A model generated the notes under the pieces. It saw only the letters and a list, made by a program, of their open reading frames with translations. It was not told where the DNA came from and did not search any database. The translations under genes and the position numbers were made by a program. DNA of 63,686 nucleotides, the filler included, from Hyphochytrium catenoides (lineage: Eukaryota > Protista > Hyphochytriomycota), in the NCBI GenBank assembly GCA_900088475.1. It is 11 parts of 11 records of this genome, joined end to end, with 100 filler letters (N's around TTAATTAATTAA, not from the genome) between each part and the next. Parts side by side here need not be neighbours in the genome. Positions count along the whole stretch, not along the records: positions 39,044 to 40,829 come from FLMG01002272.1; positions 40,930 to 42,958 come from FLMG01002988.1; positions 43,059 to 44,658 come from FLMG01000509.1; positions 44,759 to 46,356 come from FLMG01000552.1; positions 46,457 to 59,425 come from FLMG01002970.1; 6 more parts are not named here. One strand, written 5' to 3'. Positions 39,966 to 51,009 of this stretch are shown here, piece by piece. Position 1 is the first letter of the stretch, and each line of letters opens with the position of its first letter.

Positions 39966-40930
39966 AGAGAGAGAGAAAGAAAGAAAGAGAGAGAGAGTGA
40001 GAAAGAGAGAGCAGGCGAGGCGGAGAAGGAGAGAAAGGGAGGAAGGATAACAAAGTGATGACAAGAGGAGACACAATGAGAGCGAGGACCCCATAGAAGA
40101 GAGACAAAGTGGATGTTGGGAAAGGTTAGAAGGAGAAGAAAACGAAGAGAGAAGGGCCAAGAGAGGAAAGAGGTACTACGGAGCGACAGAGAAAGAGAGA
40201 GAGAAAGAGAGAAGACAGAGGATGATGACAATTAGGAAGAAAGAACAATACAGGGAACCACCAGGCGTGATCTAGAAAGGAGACAGATTACTTTGGAAAA
40301 GCAAGAGAGAGACAGGAAAGAGAGAGAGAGAGAGAGAGAGAGAAGAGAGAGACACAGAAGGAGGCGAGCAATGCGACCAATAGTCTAAGGATAACTAGAG
40401 AGAGACAAACAGTCCAAGTGCAAGCAGAATATCTGGGAACCTCTTCTGCTTCGCCTTTCTCCATCCTCTTTCTCTCCCGCGCTGCTCACGCTTCTTCTCC
40501 ATTCCTTCCGGAGAATCCAGAAACTGATGTCTGAGCCGTCTGACTTAAACCCTCTTTCTGCCTCTCTCTTTCTCTCTGTCTATCCTCTCTCTTACTCTCT
40601 CCTAATCTCCCTCCCCTCCTCTTCTCTCTCTCCCTCTCTCCGTCCTCTTCGTCTGCTTTCTCTCTCCGTTACAGCTTTCTCCACTCTGTCGTTTCCACGC
40701 TGCTCTTGATTTTCTTCCTGACCAGCCCTCTGCTACTCGTAGGAAAGCATCCAGACATGGCGAATGCCAAGGAGGGAGAGAGAAAGAGAGACAGAGCGAG
40801 CGAGTGAGAGAGAGAGAGAGAGAAAGAGANNNNNNNNNNNNNNNNNNNNNNNNNNNNNNNNNNNNNNNNNNNNTTAATTAATTAANNNNNNNNNNNNNNN
40901 NNNNNNNNNNNNNNNNNNNNNNNNNNNNNC

Positions 40931-42958
40931 ATACTTGGTCCTGTCTACCATCCTCTCTAACCCTTGCCACTCGTCCGCAGCTGACACTTCGCGCCCATCT
41001 CCTCTTGCTGCGGGAGGTTTGGCTGCCGCCCTCCAGTCCTCCAAAGCTCAGCTCCGAGCAGTTGGCTCGAAAGCGGTGGATCCAGTGCAGGCCAAGAAAG
41101 AGAGCTCCTCCAAGACAAGGCAAGAAGAGGAGGCGGCAGAAGCTATTACGGTTCTTGAAGCATCAATCAAGGTAGAAGTGTGATCCTTCTCATTCTCGGC
41201 GAGATGATGCTCAATTCAAGCTCCTCTAGGGTCAAGGTCTGCTTATCGACGAGAGCCTTTTGGAGCTAAAGGACGAAGTAGGAGTGGGAGCTCATGCCGT
41301 TGTAAGACGCTCACTCCTAACGAGCCCAGCCCAGCCACTCTCTCCGTCCTCGAAAGACCGGCCTTTACCGGCGCGAGAGGTACGGATACTCTGGCTGTAT
41401 TCCCTACCTTCTTTTCCGTTGTTCGCTTCCTCCATACCTATCTACTCTTGTCTTCTATGCGTGCTTGTCCAGCGGGTCTGGCGCTGACCTCGTGAAACCC
41501 TCCTGAACAGTCCAACACAGTGCAAAGCTTCGTCTGTCAGAGGACGCGAAGCTTGGTCCATTTCTCGTCGCCTCTTGTTCTTGGTTGCCATCTCTCATCT
41601 GAGCATAGGTGCTTAATCCGCCCGGCCGGTCTCTTGTCCATCCCTTGGCTAATAGCCTTGTGCTACTTTGGGCTCTTTAGGTGGCAGTGAAGCAGTATCG
41701 ATATGCAGGCGCGCTGCCTTCCAGAGCTGTGGTGAAGACTTTCGCAGACGAGTTTGAGACTTGGCGGCGGGTGAAGCATCCCAATATCCTCAGGCTAATT
41801 GGTGCTAGCGTGAGGCCGCGCCTTCTGCTCGTCTCGGAGCTTATGGACCTGGGTTCTCTGTACGAATGTATGAAAAGCGCGGCGGTATGGAAGCTCGTCT
41901 CATTCGCACAGATCATCAGGTAATAGCTACTCTGTCTCTCCAATCCTCACTACCACGCAGGCTCTTTATTCATTAATGCTCTTCTCCAATATCTTGTCAC
42001 TCTTGCTTCCTATTACCTTTGGCCTTCCTTCTTTCTGACGCTGCTTCTGTTCTCACCTTAGACCTCGCTTGGTGTTCCAGCGCCATGGTTGTCATTCCCT
42101 CTGAATTGTCTCTGTCTATTCAGCTTCCCTTGTGCCGTTGTAGGCTAGGATTGTTCGTGCCCGTGATACTTCTACCCTGCAGATGAAGCGGCATCTACCT
42201 CTTGATCTTCCACTAGCTCCTCTATTTTCCTTTGGGCTCTTACCCCGTGTGCCACCTTTTAGGAGGATTCCTCTGCTTGTGTTCCGCGTCTTATGACTAT
42301 ACCTGCATACTTGACAGGTTTGCTCTCGACATCGCTCGTGCTCTGGAGTATATTCACCAGGGCAACCTCATCCACCGGGACTTAAAGAGCCATAACATAC
42401 TCCTCTCTCGGGTAACGCTGCAAGGAAACTACTTAGGCTTTATGGTAGCTAAGATAGGAGACTTGGGCTCAATGAGGAAGCTCAGAGGAGAGGAAAATGC
42501 GGCGTTCACTGAAATTGGCACTTCCGGATGGACGGCTCCTGAAGTCTTTGCGTCTAATGGGTAAGAGAGACTGGAAAATGAGATGAGCGGCGGCGAACGA
42601 AAGGACAAAGAGAGACCTGGTTCAGGCTTGCATATGACGAGCCCACTCCATGTTATCGCTACTCACTCCTTCCCCTTTCGGGTTGTTTCTCACTCTTTCT
42701 CTCTCATCTCTCTCACACAGCTACACCTGCAAAGCCGATATCTGGAGTCTTGGGATTATTCTTTGGGAGATGATCGCAGCCAAGTCTCCGGCTATGGAAC
42801 TACAGAATCCCTTCCTTGGAATGCCGGCGGTGCAATTCTTTGAATTGGCAAAGAAAGGACTACGTCCTCACCTTCCAGAGGGAATGGAGGAGAGATACCG
42901 CGATTTGGTGGAGAGCTGTTGGCGTTGGGAGCCCGATGAGAGGCCAAGCGTGCTGAGG
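40931..42958 (+). CDS. Tyrosine-kinase-like (TKL) Ser/Thr protein kinase, partial, multi-exon
   Basis: Motifs EVGVGAHAVV, VAVK, KHPNILRLIGA, IHRDLKSHNILL, KIGDLG, GTSGWTAPEV, KADIWSLGIILWEM and CWRWEPDERPS. Confidence 0.9.
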
Positions 42959-43058
42959 NNNNNNNNNNNNNNNNNNNNNNNNNNNNNNNNNNNNNNNNNN
43001 NNTTAATTAATTAANNNNNNNNNNNNNNNNNNNNNNNNNNNNNNNNNNNNNNNNNNNN

Positions 43059-43550
43059 AGCGACCCTATGCAGCTGAGAATGGCAGGCGAAAAGAGAGAG
43101 ACAGACTCTGGCCCTCTCTCCGAGAAAGAGGCGGCTCGCCTTATGATCGATTTTGTTTTGAAGATTGCTTATCACGCACGAGTTGTCCGTAACGCAGTGA
43201 ACTTTCAGGTCATCCCTCAGAATGCGGAAGAGATCCTTCAGTATGACGAAGACGGGAGGTATCTCTACACCATCAATGGCATTGGCGTAGAGGACCTCTT
43301 CTATGACGAACTAGAGGCCGTAGAAAGGGAGGAGACAGAAGAGAGGCTTACCCATCTTAGGAAGGTGAGCGACGCTGGCAAGTTGGTCCTTGTGGTGGAC
43401 TATGTGGATGATGGGAAGGGCTATCTGGGGCCCAACAGACAAAGAATTGATGACTTCTTGGACAAAGTTGCTGCGGAGAGATTTTACTGCTACGTTGCGA
43501 AGAGAGACAGAGAGTTAGACCGTGTGGTGAAGACTGGACTTTATTGCTGA
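43059..43550 (+). CDS. MJ1477/TM1410-family putative glycoside hydrolase (GH114/PelA-related), C-terminal half
   Basis: AARLMIDFVLKIAYHAR..VIPQNAEEIL..GIGVEDLFY..ETEERLTHL..GKLVLVVDYVDDG..RIDDF..YVAKRDRELD follows the TM1410-type consensus throughout. The 5' part is lost in the gap. Confidence 0.82.
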   Translation, partial: SDPMQLRMAGEKRETDSGPLSEKEAARLMIDFVLKIAYHARVVRNAVNFQVIPQNAEEILQYDEDGRYLYTINGIGVEDLFYDELEAVEREETEERLTHLRKVSDAGKLVLVVDYVDDGKGYLGPNRQRIDDFLDKVAAERFYCYVAKRDRELDRVVKTGLYC

Positions 43551-43908
43551 ATCACAGAGACAGACACGTCGACTCTGACAACAAAGGGCAGAAAGTAAAC
43601 AAGCAGAGCATAACTACGCAGAAGCGGGACAGGCGACATCACGGGCGGACCAGATGCGCAAGAAACCAAAAGGAAAATGAAGAGGAGAGATCTGCGCCTC
43701 CTTCCTCTTAGTGGTGCATCTATCTCTGTTTCTTGCTAAGCCTTATTTATGAAGCTACAGTTCGCGGCGGTGCAGTTTTCCGCATACTGAAGCTTTCTCT
43801 TCTCTCCCGTCCTTTGCATGGGGCGCATGAGGAACAGTGAAGGAGGGCCTTTCATGGAATGCTGACTGCCCTACCTCAGGTCTCAATGAGAGTGTGAAGA
43901 ACTATTCG

Positions 43909-44658
43909 TCAGCTCTGGAGATGGAGGTCCTCTTCCTTGGTAAACAGCTGATCTCTCTATGTTTGCCTTTCTTTCCTTTCTCCTACCTTTCCTGTCAAGA
44001 GAGTCTTCTTGGTAGCTGCCATAAAGAAGTATTTTCTGAAGGAAAGGAGCGCATTGTTCCTTCCTGATCTAGGATAGATGGGGAGCGCCTGGTAAGAGAG
44101 GAGAACAAGGGAGACGCTTTCATTGTAGGAAAATGATCACCAACGCCATAACATCTTTCATTTTATAAAATAAAAAGTAACGACTCATCATCATTCCTTG
44201 TTTTCTTTTTCTAATGACAGACTTCAGGGAAGGAAAGACGCTCCCGAAACCTAATAGATTTGCTCAAAGCCAATGAAACTTGAGCACAAGGCCACTGGGA
44301 GAGAAGAGAACGAGCAGAAGGAAAAGAGAAATTGAGAAGGATAACAAGAGAGAGAAAGAAGAAGATGACGAGAAGAAATGAAGAAAGTGGCGACCTTGAC
44401 TCTGCTCTAGGAGCCTGTTAGACTCCAAGTTGGCTCTGTTACCTCTGTTGACTCTCATTACTCTGCTAACCCTGTTGATGACTCCGTCGCCTGCGCTACC
44501 TCTGCGGAGTTCCTTTGGCTCTGTTGATACTGATGACTCTGTCTCTGCCGTCATCAGAGACCCAGGAAAAGATGAAGTCCATTGTTTGGCTCCTATCAAC
44601 ACTAAAGAGCAATTCCACCGGGAGTCTCTAAATGAATCTCTATTGCCGCGTTAGCGGA
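43909..44658 (-). CDS. 3' exons of an unidentified spliced gene
   Basis: Exons with GT/AG junctions: ..LLEQSQ|GAPIYPRSGRNNALLSFRKYFFMAATKKTLLTGK|LFTKEEDLHLQS*. Confidence 0.35.
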
Positions 44659-44764
44659 NNNNNNNNNNNNNNNNNNNNNNNNNNNNNNNNNNNNNNNNNN
44701 NNTTAATTAATTAANNNNNNNNNNNNNNNNNNNNNNNNNNNNNNNNNNNNNNNNNNNNAGTCAT

Positions 44765-44806
<42 letters not shown>

Positions 44807-44829
44807 CAAAGAAACAGGATAGAAGAGCG

Positions 44830-46113
44830 GGGATACTGGCCCCTCCTAGCCTTTAGGTTGTCAGACTCCCAAAAAGAAAGATTGGGAAAGAGAGAGAGAG
44901 AGAGAGAGGAAGGTTGTGTGCGAGAGAGAGAGAGAAGAGAGAGAGAGAACAGAAAGGGGCATGACGACAAGAGAGAAGCTCACCTTGAGCAGAGAAGGTC
45001 CACAGCCTTCCAGTAACTGCGGGTCAGACCATGAGGCGCCGTCTGCGCTGAGAATCACTTGGAACTTGGTGACACAGTCGACGCCTTCCTTTCTCTCTCC
45101 TTCTGGGGAAGAAGACACAACAGGGTTCTCTTCTTTCTTTCTCTCTTCTCTCTCTCTCTTTCTCCTCAAGGCACAGAGCGCTAGACAGGAAAGGAAGATG
45201 CACGTCTTCTCTGCTGCTGCGCCCGCCAGAATATCTGCCACCTTCGCGTCTACCTTGGGCTCCTCAGCTCGCAGAGAGGCATTTGTCAGCTCAATCACCT
45301 AGAAAGAGAGATCAAACGCGAGAGAGAGAAGAAGAAGGAGAGAGAGAGAGAGGGAGAGAGAGACAGGCGCAGAGAGAGACAGAGACAGAGAAGAAAAGGA
45401 GAGAGAGAAAGAGGAGGGAAGAGAGAAAGGGAGAGAAAGACAAGGATGGTAGCAAGACGGAAGGCCGTGAGGCCGGGAGAAGTAGGGAATGTCAACAAAA
45501 AGAAAGTGAGAGGAAAGAGAGGAATGAGAGAGAAGAAGAGACTTCTTTCGGTCTCTATGAAGATCTGAGAGGCGAGCCATTGAACCAGAGAAGAAGAACA
45601 CGAGAAGAGATGCAGCCGCGAGGAAGGAGAAAGATTGGGAGAGACAGAAAGAAAGAAGGAGAGAGACAAAAGGAAGTGGTATTGCTAAAAACAGAGAAAG
45701 ACAGGGAGAGAAGCGACGCGGAGAAAAGAAGAGAGGCCAAAAGAGAGACGAGAGAGGGAGAGGGAGAGAGAATAAAGAGGAAGAGAGAGCGACCAATAAA
45801 AAAAGATAGTCCACAAAAGTAAGGGAAAGGCATGAAGAGAGAGAAAGAGATTCCCTGTTCTATTGTCCAGTACTTCTCTCTTATCTCTCTCTCTCTCTCT
45901 GACCTTAGCAAAGTACTGGCTCCTGCTCTCCTTGTTGTCCAGCTTCTCATAGGTCACGCCCTGTAACTCAGTAGGGATCCAGCCTGTCTCTCTCTCTCCT
46001 TCTCCTACTTTTAAGAGAAGAGAGATGAGGTCAAAGAGGAAGCGAATGGGAGGTTTCTTCAAGAGCTTGGAAGGGATCTTGGAAGTCTTCAGGAACTCCT
46101 CCCACGAGATAAC
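44830..46113 (-). CDS. Fragment with TRAF3IP1/IFT54-type N-terminal (calponin-homology-like) domain
   Basis: KLLKKPPIRFLFDLI..LDNKESRSQYFAK|VIELT..DAKVADILAGAAAEKTCIFL parallels the IFT54 sequence KLLxKPPFRYLHD..KI.FLQK..IVAG.EPE.TN.LL. Confidence 0.6.
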
Positions 46114-46758
46114 CTGGACGCAGGCCGAGGGAGAGAGAGAGTGAGAGAGAGAGAGAGAGCCTACTTTGTGACGTAGGAAGAGACCCGGGTCGAGAGAGAG
46201 AGAAAGAAAATAGGTAGATAGAAGAGAGAGAAGTAAAGAGAGAAAAAAGGAGAGAGAGAGAGAAAGAGAGAGAGAAAGGGAAGGGAAGAGACAGGAAAGC
46301 GAAGAGACAGGGAAGCGAAGAGAAAGAGAAGAGTATAAGAGCGGGAAGGAAGAGAGNNNNNNNNNNNNNNNNNNNNNNNNNNNNNNNNNNNNNNNNNNNN
46401 TTAATTAATTAANNNNNNNNNNNNNNNNNNNNNNNNNNNNNNNNNNNNNNNNNNNNATTGAGAGAACTGTGGAGATAGATAAAAAATAGGAAAGAGATAG
46501 ACCCCGGCCGCTCTTTCTCTCTGTGTCTGTCTGGCTCTCCCTCTTTCACTTTTTCCCCTTTCTCTTCCCCTTCGTCATCTTTCGTCCAAGCCTCCATTTC
46601 TTTCAATCAAACCATCAGATGCTCTAGCTCGCTGCATAAGGGAGAGTCCTCCCTTCCTTGTCCGTGCCTCAAGGAGACGTCCTGGAAAAGGAAGGAAAGA
46701 TTTTCCTTCACCAAGCACCTTCTTTCTCTCTCCTTCTCTCTCCTTCTCTTCCTTTCCA

Positions 46759-49404
46759 ATGGAGCCGGAGAGGAAGCTTGAGCGGGAGGGGGAAGAAAAG
46801 AGGCCAGCGCGGCCCAGAAGTGCTCCCTCTCCCACCACCCCACGCAGCCCTGCGCCACCGATGCCAAACCGTCCTACTCCGTCTATTACCGTCCACAGCT
46901 TGCCAGTCGCGGCGCCGGAAAGAGTAGAAAGAGAGAGAGAAAGAGAAAGAGAGAGATTTGGAGCAAGTGAGACTCCTTCTAGAGCCGCTGGGGGCATCAA
47001 GCTCCATCTCATCAACGCAAGGCCGGATCACTCCATTGACATGAACGTATGCCTCCTAGAACTCTTCTCTAAAGATCAGTATCTCCGCTACTGGAGCTGG
47101 TTTACCGGGCGAAAGGGCTGGCTTCTCCCTCTCTCTCGCTGTCTCTTTCTCCTGGGTGCTCTTGGGAACATGTCTCTCCTCCTGCTGGCAAGAGAAAGTG
47201 GTCACATGGCAATAGAGCTGGTGACCTCTTTGATGCAGGCGCCATATCTCTCTCATCTCACCGCAACCGCCAACCCTAACATGGTCCGTGTTCTGTTTCG
47301 ATCATCTTTCCTCTTTTGGTTCCTCTTTGGGCTGAATATCCTCCTTACAGCGCTCTATATCCTGCTGCTGCGAGATGGTCGATTCTTTATACTTATTGTT
47401 ACCGCTCTAGCCAACTCTCTCTCTCTCTTTGTGGACGCGATTCACTATTCTTTTAGGACGGAGGCAAAGTGGCTTTGCTTTTGTCAGGCGCTGTGCTTCT
47501 CCTTCATCGGGACCGTCTTCTACTTCAAGTTAGTGCCCACGCTGAAAGAGTCTCTTTTTCTTGGAAGAGGAGAGAATCGCTACTCTCTTGATTGTGTCGT
47601 GGGAGATCTAAGCTTTGCCCTCTCTCTCTTTCTCTTCAACGCTTTCTCTCGCCTCTTTCATGACACTCAAGGCTTCATTACCGGTGTATTCCTGCGCAAC
47701 CGCGTACGACTTCAGGTGAAGTATCACTCTTCCTCGCGGCTGACCATGGGAGAGTCGTCCTCTTCCATGCTGAGTGAGGTGAGCTGCCGCTCAGAGGGTG
47801 CAGAGAGAGACAAAGAAAGAGAAAAGATAAAGGTTCGAAACTGTGGAGCTCTGCCAGAGAGCAGTGAGGATGAGGCAGAGGAAGGCCTTGTCACTCTTTA
47901 CTCTGAGAGCAGTCGTCCTGCAGCTAATGCTAGACTTGGAGGAGCTGCGGGACCGATGAAGCCAAGACATGCGCATTCTCATAATCGCCTCTCAGCTTCG
48001 TCACTCTCAGGAGCAGAAATAATGGGAGGAGGAGGAGGAGGAGAAAAGGAAGTCGCAAAGACTCCACGGCGTTATTCCATGAATGGACCACGGCTCAGTA
48101 TCTCTTCCGGTGAGGACGGTTTTATGCCGGCAGGAAAATCGGAGAGGAGACCTTCTCCCACTTCTTTCTCTCCATCCGATGCCCATAATGAAAGCCGTAG
48201 GAGCTCTGAAAGAGGAAAGAGACATACTTTAGTTGTTACCCAGCTTCCAGAACAGAAAAAAGGAGAGAGAAGAGCCACAGAAATGGCCGGAAGGATTCCA
48301 AGTTTTTCTTCTTCTGCTTCTGGTCATCCTGTCGCAATATCTCTACCCCCTCCACTCGTTCTTCAGCATGTAAGGAGCGAGACCAGGATCCAGGGTCTGA
48401 AGCCATCTGCTGCGGCTCTTTCTCATTCCGCCCTCCCTATTCCTTCGTCACCTCCACTTGCACCTGGACTCTCTAGCCTTACAGTCGGCCTCACGGGGGC
48501 AGGAAGCAAGATCATTCTTCCTCCACTTCTTCCTCGCGTAGGATCCAAGGTCACACTTGTTCCCACTGTCTACCGCTCCAGGATCACTCTTAACCAGAAG
48601 GAAAGCCTATTGTTCTTGTGCTGCTCGGACGAGTTCGTCAAAGAAGCCTTCTCCTACTTCCAAGCGCAGTATCAGGGAATAATGCTTGCCGTCGGTCTCT
48701 CTCTCTCTGCTTCTGCTCTTCTTCTAGTTCTGGGACCACTAGCTTTCCCGCACAAGCATTCTCTCTCAGACAAAACAGCGCTTCCCTCTCTCTTGGGCTG
48801 TGCCTCTCTCCTTTTCCCGTTCTTTATCAACCAGAGTACCTTCCTCATTATGAAAGTGATGAGGCATTTCGAAGCTCTCTTTCTTTCTCTCCAGGTCACC
48901 GGGTTAGCCCTTTCATGGGGATACATGCTAAGTTTTGACGAGAGAGGATGGTTCCTTATCGCTTTGTGGACTCTATCTCACTTCTGCTTGTTCATAGACA
49001 GCGTCTTCCCGGTTGTGCATGCGGAGACGGAGCTTCAGAAGCTGATCCTTAAGTGCTTGCTAGCCTTTGTTATCGGCTACGAAGCCTGTCTCCTTGTTTG
49101 GCTACACTTAGGAAGGCTGATGAGAGACACACCAGGAAGAGATCTAGAAGAAAGAGGGGAGCAGGGGACACGAGTGCACCTCTTCGCCTCTCTCTCTCTC
49201 GATATTTGTGCGTCCTTCGTAACACGTCTCCTTCTGCTCTTGGTGCTCCAGCTTCGAATGTTTGTTAACCTTCTTCGTCACCCCCAAGAGCTGGTTCTCG
49301 TGCAGTCCGATGTCTCCTACTCTGTTCCAGAGGACGGAGGCCCAACCAAGCAGAAAATTTCTAATAGAAGCAGTACCGCTTCTAAGATCACGCCTGAAGC
49401 GTGA
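46759..49404 (+). CDS. 881-aa intronless multipass membrane protein with two homologous TM modules
   Basis: Long clean ORF with two hydrophobic blocks sharing motifs (FLFWFL..LRDGR..LFVDA versus FEALFL..SFDER..LFIDS), separated by a Ser/Pro-rich loop. Confidence 0.85.
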   Translation: MEPERKLEREGEEKRPARPRSAPSPTTPRSPAPPMPNRPTPSITVHSLPVAAPERVERERERERERFGASETPSRAAGGIKLHLINARPDHSIDMNVCLLELFSKDQYLRYWSWFTGRKGWLLPLSRCLFLLGALGNMSLLLLARESGHMAIELVTSLMQAPYLSHLTATANPNMVRVLFRSSFLFWFLFGLNILLTALYILLLRDGRFFILIVTALANSLSLFVDAIHYSFRTEAKWLCFCQALCFSFIGTVFYFKLVPTLKESLFLGRGENRYSLDCVVGDLSFALSLFLFNAFSRLFHDTQGFITGVFLRNRVRLQVKYHSSSRLTMGESSSSMLSEVSCRSEGAERDKEREKIKVRNCGALPESSEDEAEEGLVTLYSESSRPAANARLGGAAGPMKPRHAHSHNRLSASSLSGAEIMGGGGGGEKEVAKTPRRYSMNGPRLSISSGEDGFMPAGKSERRPSPTSFSPSDAHNESRRSSERGKRHTLVVTQLPEQKKGERRATEMAGRIPSFSSSASGHPVAISLPPPLVLQHVRSETRIQGLKPSAAALSHSALPIPSSPPLAPGLSSLTVGLTGAGSKIILPPLLPRVGSKVTLVPTVYRSRITLNQKESLLFLCCSDEFVKEAFSYFQAQYQGIMLAVGLSLSASALLLVLGPLAFPHKHSLSDKTALPSLLGCASLLFPFFINQSTFLIMKVMRHFEALFLSLQVTGLALSWGYMLSFDERGWFLIALWTLSHFCLFIDSVFPVVHAETELQKLILKCLLAFVIGYEACLLVWLHLGRLMRDTPGRDLEERGEQGTRVHLFASLSLDICASFVTRLLLLLVLQLRMFVNLLRHPQELVLVQSDVSYSVPEDGGPTKQKISNRSSTASKITPEA

Positions 49405-51009
49405 GGATGAAGAGCCAAAGAGAAGACTTCCGAGAGAGAGACCAAGATGGGCAGAAGAACGAGCCCTTGACTCTCTGTCCCTCCCACCGACTCTCTCTGT
49501 CTCCTCCGCTCCTGCCGACAACACTTATCTTCATACCCTCTTCAACTCTGGCGCCAGTCTATCCTCTGGCAGCCTACTCGGAAACTGAGCAAAGTGCACT
49601 TGCTGGTCGCTTGTTTAGAACTCTATCTCCGCGATTGCCGTGAGATCTCCTGGCAAATGGAGAGGGAGAAGCACTTTGAAGATGGAGAGGAGCAGGAAAG
49701 CAGAGCAAGATCATAGAGATGAGCTGATTGGAAGAGGAGACGCTTGTATTCCCTATGATACGACGAAGGGAGAGAGATGGGCTGGAGTGGGGTCTCTGTC
49801 GCGCTGAACATTATCTTCCAAGATGACGTATAGTGAGCGCATGTGGGCTGGGCCCAACTTACTATCAGATCAGAGGCTAAGATTAGTAGCTGGTCTAAGC
49901 GTAGAGGTAGATGGATAGACAAAAGAGAAGGGAGATAGAAGCGTTTGAGGCTATTGCACATAGGAGAGCGCATGTTCTACGCACCCCTCGCTATCATAGC
50001 CTTTGTCCCGGGGTATGGTGCTAGCCAGCTATCATACGCAGTGACACCTGTCAGCTATAGTCGTCTGGTTCTTTATACTTTGCAGAACTGTCATAAAGAT
50101 AAGGAGCAGGACGATGGAGGTATCGATCGGGCTGCGATTTCGACACAACGAGCCGCTGTAGAGCAGTCTTTATGTCCTTTTGGCAAGCGAAGAAGGAAGA
50201 GTGAATCTCCACTTTACAAGCTGTCTGTTTAGGTCTTTCCTCTACTCTGTTCGTGCACATTAATTTGCTTACTCAGGCGTACTAGTCCGAGAACTTAATA
50301 GCACCACGTCCAGCACTACCAAGGTGCTGTGCCGGCCGTAGTGTTAGCGTCAACCTGAAAAGAGAAACGCAGGTCGTCATCAGCCGGAAGAAATAGTCAC
50401 CACAACCTTGATTGCACGGGCAGATGTTGGCCTTGACTGTTATGAATCATTCATAAATAAGTCTATAATGGTCACACTGCCCTCATTGTTCGCTTTCCCT
50501 CTCAATATCATCTAATTGATGCATCCTTCACGTCCCTTAGACATCATGCCGCTGCTTCCCAGTGAGTGGGTGCTCAAAGGATCTATTTGGCTCTACCGCC
50601 GCTGCCGCTGCCTTTATAGGGTTACTTTCTATGACTTTCTAAGGTTCTACTCGTAGGACCATCAGAACCGCGCGTGTCCTTACATGAATAAGGCATCACT
50701 AGGGGGACAAGCAAGCCGTGCTAGCAACGGCAAACCCACTAGCTGCCCCATTTTATGATTATGAGGGCGCTCATCGGTAGAATAAAGAGAAAGCTTTGCC
50801 ATGAGGTCAGGACTGCAGAATAGCTTCACATCTCCCCTATTGCACTTTGGCTCTTCTTCTCACGTAGGAGCACTATGATTGTAAGCCTTCTCTATATCAC
50901 TCACAGAAATTTCTGCTTTATAGAAAATAGAGTCCCCAGGTATATAGAGACTAGCTTGAAGAACAATAGATATATTAGAAAAACTGCGGNNNNNNNNNNN
51001 NNNNNNNNN

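Noticed and set aside
37501-40231. Many SL-/ER-repeat ORFs (also 45283-45950, 53411-54277, 60065-60614, 62481-63201)
   Set aside because: Translations of (CT)n/(GA)n microsatellites, which lack stop codons.
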